A stretch of DNA of 62,590 nt, the filler included, from Sanchytrium tribonematis (taxonomy: Eukaryota): the NCBI GenBank assembly GCA_018985235.1. It is 7 parts of 7 records of this genome, joined end to end, with 100 filler letters (N's around TTAATTAATTAA, not from the genome) between each part and the next. Parts side by side here need not be neighbours in the genome. Positions count along the whole stretch, not along the records: positions 27,047 to 35,892 come from JADGIG010000355.1; positions 35,993 to 44,792 come from JADGIG010000356.1; 5 more parts are not named here. One strand, 5' to 3'. The notes beneath the pieces were generated by a model, which was given only the letters and a program-made list of their open reading frames with translations, was not told where the DNA came from and did no database searches. Shown here in pieces: positions 31,980 through 42,911 of this stretch (position 1 is the first letter of the stretch; each line of letters opens with the position of its first letter). A program made the translations under genes and the position numbers.

Positions 31980-33300
31980 TTAGCTGGGAATATAAAATCC
32001 CATGTATCCTTGCCCTGCTAATTCTACAAGAATATGATCATGTCTAATGGATGGTAAATTAATACTACCATGATGATATTTGTATGGATTCAGTAACAAG
32101 CACATCCCGTAGTGACCATTTGAATTTGTGCCAGGATTGAGTAAATATGATTCAGGAGTGTAAGTCTCTTTTGCAAGTTTGCATTCAGCAATAAACAAAC
32201 AATCTAGTGATGTAGAATCTACTAAAGACAGGCAGTATGCTTCACGTCCCTTTTATCCGTCGCAATTGTAAAATGCGATTTTTAACAATTCAGATGAATC
32301 TACCAGATTAACGCGAGTAATATCCGGGAATATTCGAAAATTGGAATGTAGTGCTGTATTTCGGATTTCTGTATGATGTATAGAGTGATTAGATGTATCA
32401 TTTTCATTATTGGGAGTTACAGTTGCAACATTTTGAGACACTGACTGGGGATTTGCATTCAAATTAGAGAGAATTTCAAATAAATTATTATTGGGGAAGC
32501 CTCCATACAATTTACCAGTGATAAATAACTCATCATTCAGTTTTAATACCGAATCATTTCTTCTCAAAACGTGATTTACGTAAATATTGCAATGGGAATT
32601 TGCAGGTTTGGAAAGAGTTGTAGAATGCCTATTTCTAACGTTTGAGTGTGCTTTGTAGTGATACAAATAGTTGGGTGATGTAACAATTTAACAAAGTAAA
32701 AATAAGGATGCTGATTGGATGGAACTTTATTTAGCTTGAGTGTTTGCCAAAGACATGCATATACAAATGATATTTGCAGTTTACAAAGTATATCAATTAT
32801 AAAGAAAATCAATGAAATATCGAATGTGACAAATGTCGAAAGTGTGGGGAATGTGTAATCTTGAAGATATTTCGACAAATTAGCAACAGAAGCAAATAAA
32901 GTGTGTTTGATTTGTAAATCATTTACTTGAATAACATCACGAGTCACTACATTTGACTTCTGTGTTGGATAAGTCGAAAATGACCTTGTTAATGAATACG
33001 TGTAAGTAATTTCCAATTCTACACAAGAGGGATCCACAAACAATAGTGTTTGATTGGGGTCCATAACGACTCCCTTTTCTTCATATATTTGCCATTGTAG
33101 AATCCACCAATCAAATGTTGACAATTCACTTAGGATCGATTTCCCAATCATTTCTAAAGTAACTGATTCTGGGCAGTTGTCAAGCTGTCTAGTGTGCTCA
33201 CGAGGGAGTCCTTCATCAGAATAAAAAGCTATAGTTCTGATGGCAATTGTTTTGGGTCCTGGATATGGTTTCAACTGTGTTGATTCTTCTGTTAAAACTG
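31980..33300 (-). mobile_element. Degenerate copy of the Ubl-bearing LINE family (Ubl-GG followed by APE start)
   Basis: FVKLL...KLYGG, NLFEIL, AFYNCDG and YGMCL...HDHILV...MGFYIP align to 59710-62283. Confidence 0.8.
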
Positions 33301-34000
33301 GATTTGGTTATGCCAATTGTATCATCAATAATTGTATCTTCTTATGATGCTTAACAACTGGTCTGTCAAATCGAATGTGATAGAATCGGCGTGTCAAATT
33401 CACAATATGCTGGGACTCACGAAATATGTACAATTTGAGTAATGGACCCAAGATGGATGGATCCAATTGTGATTGATTTGGAGATCATTTGTCTCTTTGG
33501 TTGAAATAATTCGATGCTATTAATAGTCAATATATTGGTCTGTGACTAATCAGTAAACTCATTTAAAAACACAAGGATTTGAGAGATGCAACTAGATGAT
33601 GCTTCTCAATGTCATAATTGGATGAGAGGGTCTGATCACATTCCCGAAAAATTAACATCTTAATTTCTCGGTTTGAGTTTGAAAATCATTATTAAAGAGA
33701 TGTAAACGCCTTAAAAGGAAGTAAAACTTCTCTACTCTTTGCACTGGATTATGTCACCATTTTTTAGACCGGTTTTCTAAAGTGGATGGATAAAATCATA
33801 CGTTTCTCTTTTGATATTCGATCTTGCATCATCTTCGTAATCACTGTCACAAAAAGAGTTCATTTTAAGGATTCGACATAGTTTTTTAAGGATTACACGT
33901 GAGAATGGTTTAGCGGACCCGGTACCGGTACTTTTTGACATGGGTTCCGGTTCCTGGGCACCCATTTTGGGAACTCGAAAATAAAACAATTTATTGCCAT

Positions 34001-35892
34001 TTATTGTAGATAATGCATAAAATCGTAAATATTGGATTGAACAGACTGCGTTGTCACGCTTGGAAATGCTTGTTCTATCTTAGATTTTAAATCAGAAATA
34101 TAATTATTGATTGTTGGTACCATATTGGAGTAAATTGGTTGATCAAATGAGTTAATTTTAGCAAGAAATACTGTTCCTGACTCAATTAAATTAATGTATT
34201 TTGATTCATCGTGACCATTTACATCTTCCAATGCACCTTCAATTTCTGGCGTGTAAAATGACTCGTTGTTAACATCATTAAATTCCCCACTGTACTCACC
34301 AAATACAGAGCATTGTATTGCTTCCTGCACTGTTATTTGACTAAACGCTGTTTCAGTTGACAAATTTACAGCATTTTCAATCCTGTCAATTTCATCAATG
34401 TTGGAAATCATCATTCCTAATATAAGAACTAAATTACCACCAAAAAGAGTATGAATGTAATTTAATCCCAATTCTCTATCCATTTCCTCTGTTGATTCAG
34501 TCATTGTTGCTGGTGGATTGGGAGAAATTGGCAAAAATTCAATTGGTGGTAATGGCAAATTGTTTGTGGTGTTGATAAACTGTTGTCTCTGTAGACCCAT
34601 TTATCTAATAATCTAGTGTTAGCAGCCTTTAAAATGGCATTGCTATCTTCATTTATCATTATTTGTTGAATATTTGAAATTTTTGTTGCTTCCGGAAGAC
34701 AAATAGATCTAATCCATGCCCGCATTATCATATTAAAATCAATAGAATCCCAGCTCATGGAAATAAATTTGGCTAATTCAAATGTTGATGGAGATGAGCA
34801 TTGGATAGAATCAAACAATGCATTTTTCAATAATTCATTTTCATTTGTAGTAATAATTTCACTAAATCCTTCTCGTGTTAAAATACCCAGCGCCTCTGAT
34901 TCTAGTGCCTTCATATGATCATTAATATACATTTTGCGATATTTACACTTCAAAGAATAGAATAAAACTGCATCAAGGGGTTGAAATTGTGATGTCGAAT
35001 TTGATGGCAAAAATGCAATTTTGATTCTATTCAAGCTGGAGAGAAAAGATAGACTCATAACGTGTGCACTGTAATTATCCACAATTAACAATAAATTTGG
35101 CAGAACTTTGGGATGACCATCAATGTATAGCAAAATTTGTTCGAATAATAAGGAATTCATCCAGCCCTTATTAGAATTACCACGAATGCAATTACAACTA
35201 TGCATTTGCTGATAGCAGTGCTTTCCATTTGCAATTTTGTTAATCCATTCCCACAATGCTTGCTTACGTCGCATATCATGTGGTTGCATCGCAGAGCCAA
35301 TGAAAGCAATTGGCAATTTGTCACCATTAGCAAATACAGTACCAACAAGTGATACTCTTTTATTTGAACTTGCACGTCCATGGACTTCATCACCAATAAA
35401 TCCAATTGTCATCGTGCCTAAAATCTCATAAAAAAGTGCGGATTCATCCAAATGTAGCAGTCTATCTGCTGTATAGGAATCATAATCTGGCACCTGCTCT
35501 CTTAGATATTCTAATACATCATTACGTTGTACACTAACACCAGCACTAGTTCCACTTGCAGAGCGATATTTTAAGCCATTTCTTCTAAAAAAGGATTCTC
35601 TGAAATCTTGTAAATATGTAAATGGTTTTGAGGGATATATAATATCTGCTAATAAACATTCATTTCTAATATCTAATTCAATTTGAAGCGCGTGCCGGCA
35701 AAATTGGGCAGAGTTTTCCAAAATTCCTAGATTATTTACACTTTTAATAAGCAATAAAAGGGCTTTTTCAAGTTTGCAATACATTGGTGTTCTTTGGTGA
35801 CCAGCAAATCCACTCAAACGAATGTCAGATGGCAATAAATGCTTTTCAATTCTAGTTTTGGGATTGGATTTGACAGTTAAAACCCCAATTTT
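34001..35892 (-). mobile_element. pogo/Tigger-like (DDE_1) transposase, 5' truncated, frameshifted near 34600
   Basis: LDESALF, KGWMNS..F, LLIVDNYSAH, FLPSNSTSQFQPLD. Confidence 0.88.
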
Positions 35893-35992
35893 NNNNNNNN
35901 NNNNNNNNNNNNNNNNNNNNNNNNNNNNNNNNNNNNTTAATTAATTAANNNNNNNNNNNNNNNNNNNNNNNNNNNNNNNNNNNNNNNNNNNN
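35893..35992. other. Artificial contig linker
   Basis: N44-TTAATTAATTAA-N44. Confidence 0.99.
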
Positions 35993-36612
35993 TATTCATT
36001 TTGAAATATTTGTAAACTTAAATCCATCAAATGGTTTGCAGTTGATTGATCTGCCGTATCACTGGTGTCTATAATCGAAGAATTTGAACTGACACTACGT
36101 CTTCTCAAGGACATATTTGATCTTGTAGAAGCGGATCTTCTTAATTGTAATTCATAATTAATAATCTCCGGCTCGTTCACATTTTTAAAACTTAAAAATG
36201 GTTCGGAGTCACTGTCACTTGAATCGCTATATACGTCAAATGTCTCAACAGATGAATTTCTATGTAGTGAGACTGGTTGTAGTCCAGGGGGTATTACAGG
36301 TTTAGGCAAATTACGAAAGCATTCAGTGCATGCACGTACTGGCCCATTAAAGCCAAATTGTGTTCCGGGTATATGCAAAGTGCAAGAATGGCAATAAATT
36401 TTACCGCAAAGCCGACAGTGGTGCTTTCTTCTAAATGCTGTAAATTGTATATTGCAACCAAAACAGTTGTCTATCAAGTCATCTCGAATCCAAAACGATT
36501 TATCTTCTTCCTGCTTAAACAATATGTCCCGAATAGATTCTTGGTTGTCACGCTTTTCTTTCAGTATTTTAACTTTCGAAAGCAGATCCCTAACAGATAA
36601 TTTTCTGTTCAT
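35993..36612 (-). CDS. FAB1: FYVE-domain protein, probably the Fab1/PIKfyve N-terminus, truncated
   Basis: FWIRD....C..C...FTAFRRKHHCRLCGKIYC..C, VRAC..C; H-L..L..Q helix that precedes the CCT-like domain in Fab1. Confidence 0.7.
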
Positions 36613-36685
36613 AAATTAATTAAATTAGTTTCAAAAAAGCAATGAAGCAACTCCACAAATGTAAAAAGTATTAAATTAATAGTAT

Positions 36686-36931
36686 TTACTGAGTTAATTG
36701 AGAAATGTTGTCGAGGACGCTCAAAAACCAAAATGGTAAGTAGGTGACAGTGGAATATAACGTCAAACTCGTTCCCATAACAAAAAGTGTATTAAATATG
36801 ACTGCTTCCCAAAATTCCAACATGTAAACGCTTAAAATAATTGAGTATTTGAAGTAAACTCTAGAGAAAAAACCTTTTCTAGGCGGATTGGCTTTTGTGA
36901 TAGGAAGAGGACGAGAATTAACTTGTTTCAT
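36686..36931 (-). CDS. Serine palmitoyltransferase small subunit (ssSPT-like)
   Basis: YFKY.....VYMLEFWE..IFN plus TM segment. Confidence 0.8.
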   Translation of the reverse strand: MKQVNSRPLPITKANPPRKGFFSRVYFKYSIILSVYMLEFWEAVIFNTLFVMGTSLTLYSTVTYLPFWFLSVLDNISQLTQ

Positions 36932-37226
36932 AATCGAACGATACACTTCAAAATTTATTATTTGCAAGCAGGCCTAATTGCATTTGATTGAATCTCACCG
37001 GACTAGGAATTCGACTTTCGACCAAAATATTAGTGATTATTTATTCAAGCTTACTACGATAATCTAACGTATATATTCACAGCTTTAAACTTGAGGAGAA
37101 GATTTTGTGCTTAGAGCGATCGAGGCCATAGTTTCCCATTAATTTTCGCTGAGTTTCAATATTCTTGAAATTAAATTTTTAATTAAGCGAGTTCTCCTTT
37201 AAACAGCTTGGATATTTGATTTACTC

Positions 37227-37682
37227 ATGGAGAACTCAGATCACATCACTTGGAAAGAATTTATTCACCACTTGAGCAACAGATTGACTTATAGTCAACA
37301 CTATGCCAAATTTTATATTGGTTTAATGATTTTATCATTTTCAACATTGTTGTTTCGATGTGGACCAGTACTCTATATCATTGAGTCATTTTTGACAGTC
37401 TCCCTCCTACTTGAAGTTGTTTTGCGTATTTTAACGATGGGAATTGATTTCTTTTCTGATCTTCTGAATGTCTTGGATTTATTTGTTTTACTTTCTGTGG
37501 TCTTGGTAGGAATGCATTGTGAAACTAAAGAGGATATTTTGTTTATAATAAGATGCGGAGTACAAGCCATTAGGGTTATGGTATTGGTAAGAAAACAAAA
37601 TCGGAGAGTTCAACATATAGTTCTTCCAATTTCAGATCAAGATGTTTTGGATTATAATGATTATAGAAGTTTATTAAAATAA
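37227..37682 (+). CDS. Stand-alone voltage-sensor-like (ion transport S1-S4) membrane protein
   Basis: LEVVLRILTMG..FF....NVLD, S4-like IR....IR.....RK. Confidence 0.6.
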   Translation: MENSDHITWKEFIHHLSNRLTYSQHYAKFYIGLMILSFSTLLFRCGPVLYIIESFLTVSLLLEVVLRILTMGIDFFSDLLNVLDLFVLLSVVLVGMHCETKEDILFIIRCGVQAIRVMVLVRKQNRRVQHIVLPISDQDVLDYNDYRSLLK

Positions 37683-37683
37683 C

Positions 37684-38181
37684 TTAAATATGTTCCTGGT
37701 CTCTTAAGTATTCGCCAAGATCAGCCTGATTAATTACAACCGTTTTAGTTGGATCTGTGCTTAAACTTACAATTATTCCAAACCCAGCATCTACACCCTC
37801 TGAACAGATTACAACTCCATCTCCCACTTGTATGTCATCACTCATCTTTAAAATAGATCTTCTTAATACAGATTGTCCATACATTACTCCCATTCCTTTT
37901 ACTGTTACCTTTCTTGCGTATTTGGTTAAAACATGTAAGCATCCAATAGTCAAATGAATATGTTGATTGTGTGTGATTTTTGCAATATAGATGCCACAGT
38001 GAACAAGAGATTTACGTGGTACAGTACTGCAATGCTTATCGACATGATTTGGAACCATGTAAATTTTGTTTCGCTGCAGCCTAAATACATATTCTTTCAC
38101 CAGTTCGGGCAAATGATTCTTAATAAATTTGTGAAGCTTCTCGAATAGCTGCTTTGATTCACTTTCTGTTAAATTTCTCAT
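37684..38181 (-). CDS. NIP7: 60S ribosome biogenesis factor Nip7
   Basis: MRNLTESE...LFEKL.KFI, FRL, PUA domain, QADLGEYLRDQ. Confidence 0.92.
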   Translation of the reverse strand: MRNLTESESKQLFEKLHKFIKNHLPELVKEYVFRLQRNKIYMVPNHVDKHCSTVPRKSLVHCGIYIAKITHNQHIHLTIGCLHVLTKYARKVTVKGMGVMYGQSVLRRSILKMSDDIQVGDGVVICSEGVDAGFGIIVSLSTDPTKTVVINQADLGEYLRDQEHI

Positions 38182-38335
38182 AATAAATTGTGCAAGTTTC
38201 GAGGAGGATTCCCTACTTTTGATATATTGGCCTACAAATTGAATAAATGAAATTGTATCAATTTAGCATGATAACTATCTTATGAAAATAGAACCTTGAC
38301 CCATAGTCATGTAAACTAATTTTTTTTGAAACCAA

Positions 38336-39958
38336 ATGTCATTTTATTTCCCACAAAGAGAAGTCGGGCTATACAAAGATACAACCATATCATTATTAAA
38401 ATTTGTAGATATGGAATCTGCGGTGAATGGGATTGGTTCATTCCAATCTTTTGTTCGCAATTGTTTGCAAGATTTATTTATTTTAATGGCTGATGGTCAC
38501 GATCTCAAAGTGAATGAGCAGCTAAATATGTTATACCCATTAAAAGTTCCTTTGGTTTTATTATCTGAGATTTGTGAGACGATTATCAGCAGTGATTCAA
38601 ATTATCGCAAATCAAAGCGATTGGAAATCATGGATAACGCCTTTTTAAAAGATGATCAGAGACAAAAAATATTAAAAAGTCTTGATTTCAAAGGAATTGT
38701 ACTTCCAAATGATGTTCTTTTAAAAATTATAAAAGCCAAATCCGCATTGCAGATTGACAACAAATTAATCCAACATATTTTAAGTCACATTTCTAAACCA
38801 CTATTGAATGATATTAAAAATTGGATGAAGTTTGGATGTAACGACTTACCCAGTTTGGCCTTGGACTGGGCTCAAGATAAATTGCAATTTGTTTGCAAAT
38901 ACACCAAATATACAAATAGGAATGAATTTTGGTTTCAATATATTGATGAAAACTTTGTGATTTCTCCAGAAATATTTTCAAAATATCTTTGCAATGATAA
39001 GCAGGCGAAATATGAAATCAATAATTGCATTTCTCGGATATATTTAAAGTCAAATGAAATATTGATCAAAGAAATTATGAAAGAAGGGTTATTGGACTGG
39101 CTCGTGGCTAAGAAATATTACTTTCTATTACTTCCAAGTGATTCTATTGAGTGGTTTATAGCAATGGCTTACAATGAGCTTAGTCAAGACGAAAGAGAAT
39201 GTTCCACTTCTCGTTTACAATCTTTATATGAATCTTGCCACCGTCTGCTTTTTAATTATCCAACTGTCAAAAAGAGAAGCCGCGCAAGAGGATACATGAT
39301 TGAGCAAACCAATTTGACACCATCCAAAACTTTAATTCAAACTGAAAGTATGAAAAAGAGATTAATGAGTCATTCACTTTTAGATTTGTTACGACTTGAA
39401 TATCCATTGGGAAATTTAATCAAATTGATTAATGATGAATCTATCGAGCAGTGTTATAGAAATCTCTTTGAATTTCAATGGCTGCTTCGGGTTACCTTAT
39501 ATGAGTTGAAACAATGTCGAAAATTGCAAGTTGATAAGACGGTAACGGCTCAATTAAATTATATGAATCATGTGATTCGTACTATAGCTTCCTATAGCGG
39601 AGAGATATTAGAAAATCACTGGGGCAAAATGTTTACAGGATTAAAAGAGGCGCAAGAAATTAGTGATATGAAAACTGCACATCAAAAACATATGATCACA
39701 ATGTGTGAAGACTGTTTTTTGCCTGCAAATGATGTAGTGATTGTTTTAGATCTTATGCGCTCCACAAGAGAATTTTCTTTATTTTTACAAAAAAATCACC
39801 CAGATTTATTATCAAGTTTAAAAAAATGGAATCAAGTATTAGCACAGTTTAAATTATGGATCAAAACACAATGTCAATCCAACGATTCAGATTGGACATT
39901 TAAAGTCAATGGCTTACTAAACCGATTGGATTTCAATGGATTTTTCGAATCCCAATAA
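38336..39958 (+). CDS. Gamma-tubulin complex component (GCP2/Spc97-like), reduced
   Basis: KYYFLL..SD....F...A..EL......RLQSL, terminal LLNRLDFNGF. Confidence 0.75.
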   Translation: MSFYFPQREVGLYKDTTISLLKFVDMESAVNGIGSFQSFVRNCLQDLFILMADGHDLKVNEQLNMLYPLKVPLVLLSEICETIISSDSNYRKSKRLEIMDNAFLKDDQRQKILKSLDFKGIVLPNDVLLKIIKAKSALQIDNKLIQHILSHISKPLLNDIKNWMKFGCNDLPSLALDWAQDKLQFVCKYTKYTNRNEFWFQYIDENFVISPEIFSKYLCNDKQAKYEINNCISRIYLKSNEILIKEIMKEGLLDWLVAKKYYFLLLPSDSIEWFIAMAYNELSQDERECSTSRLQSLYESCHRLLFNYPTVKKRSRARGYMIEQTNLTPSKTLIQTESMKKRLMSHSLLDLLRLEYPLGNLIKLINDESIEQCYRNLFEFQWLLRVTLYELKQCRKLQVDKTVTAQLNYMNHVIRTIASYSGEILENHWGKMFTGLKEAQEISDMKTAHQKHMITMCEDCFLPANDVVIVLDLMRSTREFSLFLQKNHPDLLSSLKKWNQVLAQFKLWIKTQCQSNDSDWTFKVNGLLNRLDFNGFFESQ

Positions 39959-39981
39959 AAAATTTGATATTTGAAACACTT

Positions 39982-41542
39982 ATGATGAGCAGTAGAGAAA
40001 AGAAAGCGAAGTTAGATCAAAAGCTACGCAAAAGAGTTTCTTTAGAACTTAACAAACAATCAGCTATATCCACACTTCTCAGCCTCAACAAATACCAGAG
40101 CAGTGGTGAATTTACAGGAAAAGTAGTAAGTTTAGAACAAGCCTCTGCATTACCTATGAAGCCATCAACACCGTTGCCAATTGCAGCTAAACATATGCTA
40201 AGCATGGGTGCTTCTTGCATATTAGTTGTTGAAGATTCAAAAATACTAGGAATCGCAACAGACAAGGATATTAGTTTAAGGGGGCTCATCAACGGAAAAG
40301 ATGTTCAGAGTGTTTTATTGAGTGACATTATGACACCAAATCCTATAACTGTGCATCCATTAACAGATGCTGAAAATGCACTAAATTTGATGACTTCAAA
40401 GAAATTCAGACATTTGCCAGTTGTTCAAGATGATGGCACTGTGGTTGGTATTTTAGACATTATATCACTCCTACAGACTAGTTTGGATGCTTTAGACTCT
40501 TCATTCAATGATGGAGTGTCTGATGCTTTGGAAAATGCTTTAAGTAGTGTAAGGCAAGATAATATGAAAAAGTATTTTATTTTTATATAGATATCTAGAT
40601 ACAGTCAGAAAAAGATGCTGTGTGCCTGCTATCAAAGAGGTTCTGGACAAGAAATATGAAGGTTCACAAGTTGATATTCCTTGTGTCTCTTTGAGGGATA
40701 GTGTTGTAGTCGCAGTACAGAAAATGAGACTTTATAACAGCACTGCTGTGCTAGTTACAAGTCAACCCACATCAGGATTTTTTAACAAATCCTATTTAAA
40801 AGGAATTTTAACTACTAAAGATATCCTTTCAAGGGTTCTTGCCACAGGGCTGAACCCAGAAACTACCTCTATTGTTAGAATTATGACACCAGATCCTGAC
40901 AGACTCAGTGCCCAATCTTCTGTTAAAGATGTTTTAACTTTGATGAGAGAACGAAAATACCTTCATATGCCTGTTGAGGATGGGGATTCCATTTTTGGTT
41001 TGGTTGATGTGTTGGAGCTAACTCACTTTGTTCTAGATCGGCTTAATGGTATGGGTACCTTGGAAGAAATGGGTGTTTTCCAAAACCTTGGCCATATTGA
41101 TACTTTAATTCCGAGCGATTCTGTATCAAATAATGCATCTCCTGCTCCAAAAACTGCTAGAAGTATTCTTAGCGAGAGTGACTCTCAGGTTTTAAATGTT
41201 TTGAGTTTCAAGTTCTCTACGCCTGCTGGGATGGTTAGAATCAAAGCTGATCGTCTCGCCATGCTTCAGAAATTAATACACTCCAAATTGGGAACTGAAA
41301 AGTTTCAAATTTATTATCAGGATGAAGATGAAGACCTTGTAGTCATGGAATCTGAAGAGGACTTTGAATCTGCTAGAACTTTGGCTGTACTCATGAAATG
41401 GTCGAGTATAAAAATCATCGTCAAGATTGATGATCAACAATTATATCCTCGTGAAAGCAAATTGAAGCAATATCAACTACCAATTGTTGCTGTAGCCAGC
41501 GCCGTTGTTGCAATTACCCTTTTTAAATTCATATCCAAATAA
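39982..41542 (+). CDS. CBS-CBS-PB1 protein with C-terminal TM (Mug70-like), 2 exons
   Basis: GIATDKDI, IMTPNP, FRHLPVV, second CBS pair, PB1 YQDEDEDLV, C-terminal hydrophobic anchor. Confidence 0.88.
40572..40590 (+). other. 19-nt intron GTATTTTATTTTTATATAG
   Basis: Fuses ORFs 39964-40590 and 40622-41542 in frame (NMKK-YLDTVRK). Confidence 0.9.
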
Positions 41543-41544
41543 AA

Positions 41545-42465
41545 TTAGTATTTTTGTAGTTTTTGCAGATTGAATATCACACTTTTTAACGCACTATTTT
41601 CAATCGCCTGAGTATCAAGATCTGTCATACATGATCCCAATTTAATTAGTTGGTTAGAAGACTTCAATATTTCCAAATTCCTAACATCTAACTTTGTTGA
41701 TTTGTTTGCATATTTCATTTCAATTTTGAATTTTGGAGTTTTCCCATATATCCAATCAAAAGAAGATAATTCACTTACATATTCCTCTACTTCAGGATGA
41801 CTGAATTGACTTTCATTAAGTTCTGTGCTATCTTCCAACTCATCAAGTCTCTCGGGGTACCTGTTTTTACAATAGTTTACAATAGTCTCGACAATTTTGT
41901 CAGTTGAAATGGATATATTGGCAACGGACATCGGTACAGACGTTTTTGCAGAACTGTCAATTCCTAACTCGGGCGCGTTTATAGCTTTTCTCAGATAATC
42001 TAAATTAGATTGACACAATAAAGTGCCATGATGATAACAACGCTGAGACGTCAACTTGAAGGCGGATCCAGAAATTTTTTTAATAGATTTTCCAATTTCA
42101 ATTTGCAAATCATGCCTTTCACTTATCTTAGTCGCAAGCCCAATAGTTTCTAATGCACCTTTCAGTAATTCGACCCCCTTTACTCTTGAAAACTCGTCTT
42201 TGGGAGTCATTAATGAATAATTGAGGTTACCTAGATCATGGTATACAGTCCCACCACCACTATATCTTCTTAAAAGTGGTATATTGTTATCAATTAAATA
42301 ATTAACATTACATTCTACAAAAGGATTCTGGTTCCTGCCAATGACCACACAAGGCTCATTAATATATATTAGAAGTACCCGCTTTGATTTTTCAGATTTA
42401 AAAATAAAGTTTTCCATTGCTAGATTATAAAATGGATTAGTAATTCTAGAAATGTAAATTCTCAT
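41545..42465 (-). CDS. Lipoate-protein ligase A / lipoyltransferase
   Basis: NLAME, VVIGRNQNP, RRYSGGGTVYHDLGN, KKISGSA, HHGTLL. Confidence 0.92.
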   Translation of the reverse strand: MRIYISRITNPFYNLAMENFIFKSEKSKRVLLIYINEPCVVIGRNQNPFVECNVNYLIDNNIPLLRRYSGGGTVYHDLGNLNYSLMTPKDEFSRVKGVELLKGALETIGLATKISERHDLQIEIGKSIKKISGSAFKLTSQRCYHHGTLLCQSNLDYLRKAINAPELGIDSSAKTSVPMSVANISISTDKIVETIVNYCKNRYPERLDELEDSTELNESQFSHPEVEEYVSELSSFDWIYGKTPKFKIEMKYANKSTKLDVRNLEILKSSNQLIKLGSCMTDLDTQAIENSALKSVIFNLQKLQKY

Positions 42466-42473
42466 AAAAAAAA
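42466..42473 (-). terminator. Pol III oligo-T terminator of the SRP RNA
   Basis: T8 run directly after the SRP 3' stem. Confidence 0.75.
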
Positions 42474-42734
42474 GAGAGTTGCTGTGTGTTGTTTCTTCTT
42501 ACATCCCCGGCTTTTCCTCAGTGTCAATGCCCCAGGCTCGAACTTACGCTGCTCAGTTGTCCTGCCTCACGCTGTCCGCCCGATTTATGCTGGTTTTGAC
42601 CCCGATTACTCGAAGCCATGGCCAACACCTGATGCCCACTTCAGCCAGTTCACGAGGAAGTGAAGCCACACAACGCGGGGTACCAACTCAGCCTAACGTC
42701 AGACTGTAACAATTGGCCGACGAAACCAACCAGC
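42474..42734 (-). ncRNA. SRP RNA (7SL)
   Basis: GC-rich island; helix 8 GCGTG-AGG-CAG-GACAA-CTG-AGCAG-CGT; helix 6 GGCTTCGA-GTAA-TCGGGGTC; Alu domain with TGTTA (UGUNR) and CGTC/GACG loop complementarity; 5'/3' pairing GAGTTG/CAACTC; ends at a T8 run. Confidence 0.88.
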
Positions 42735-42911
42735 TATAGGTACCAGGAGATTTCTCAAATTTTTCATTAAATAGTGATATGAGGATTTTCAGACTAAAGC
42801 CAGAAACTTGTGACCGACCTTAAAACTTGTGGAATGAATTTATTGCGAATTTTGACAACTCCAAATAACACTTCAATTTATAATCTAATGTGCAAACTGA
42901 TTTGTGATTTG

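Noticed and set aside
34580..34596. 17-nt GT...AG on the minus strand that would repair the pogo transposase frameshift
   Set aside because: Wrong length and no YTNAY; simple decay of a transposon is more likely.
42479..42709. 76-aa ORF on the plus strand
   Set aside because: Non-ATG start; it is the antisense shadow of the GC-rich SRP RNA gene.
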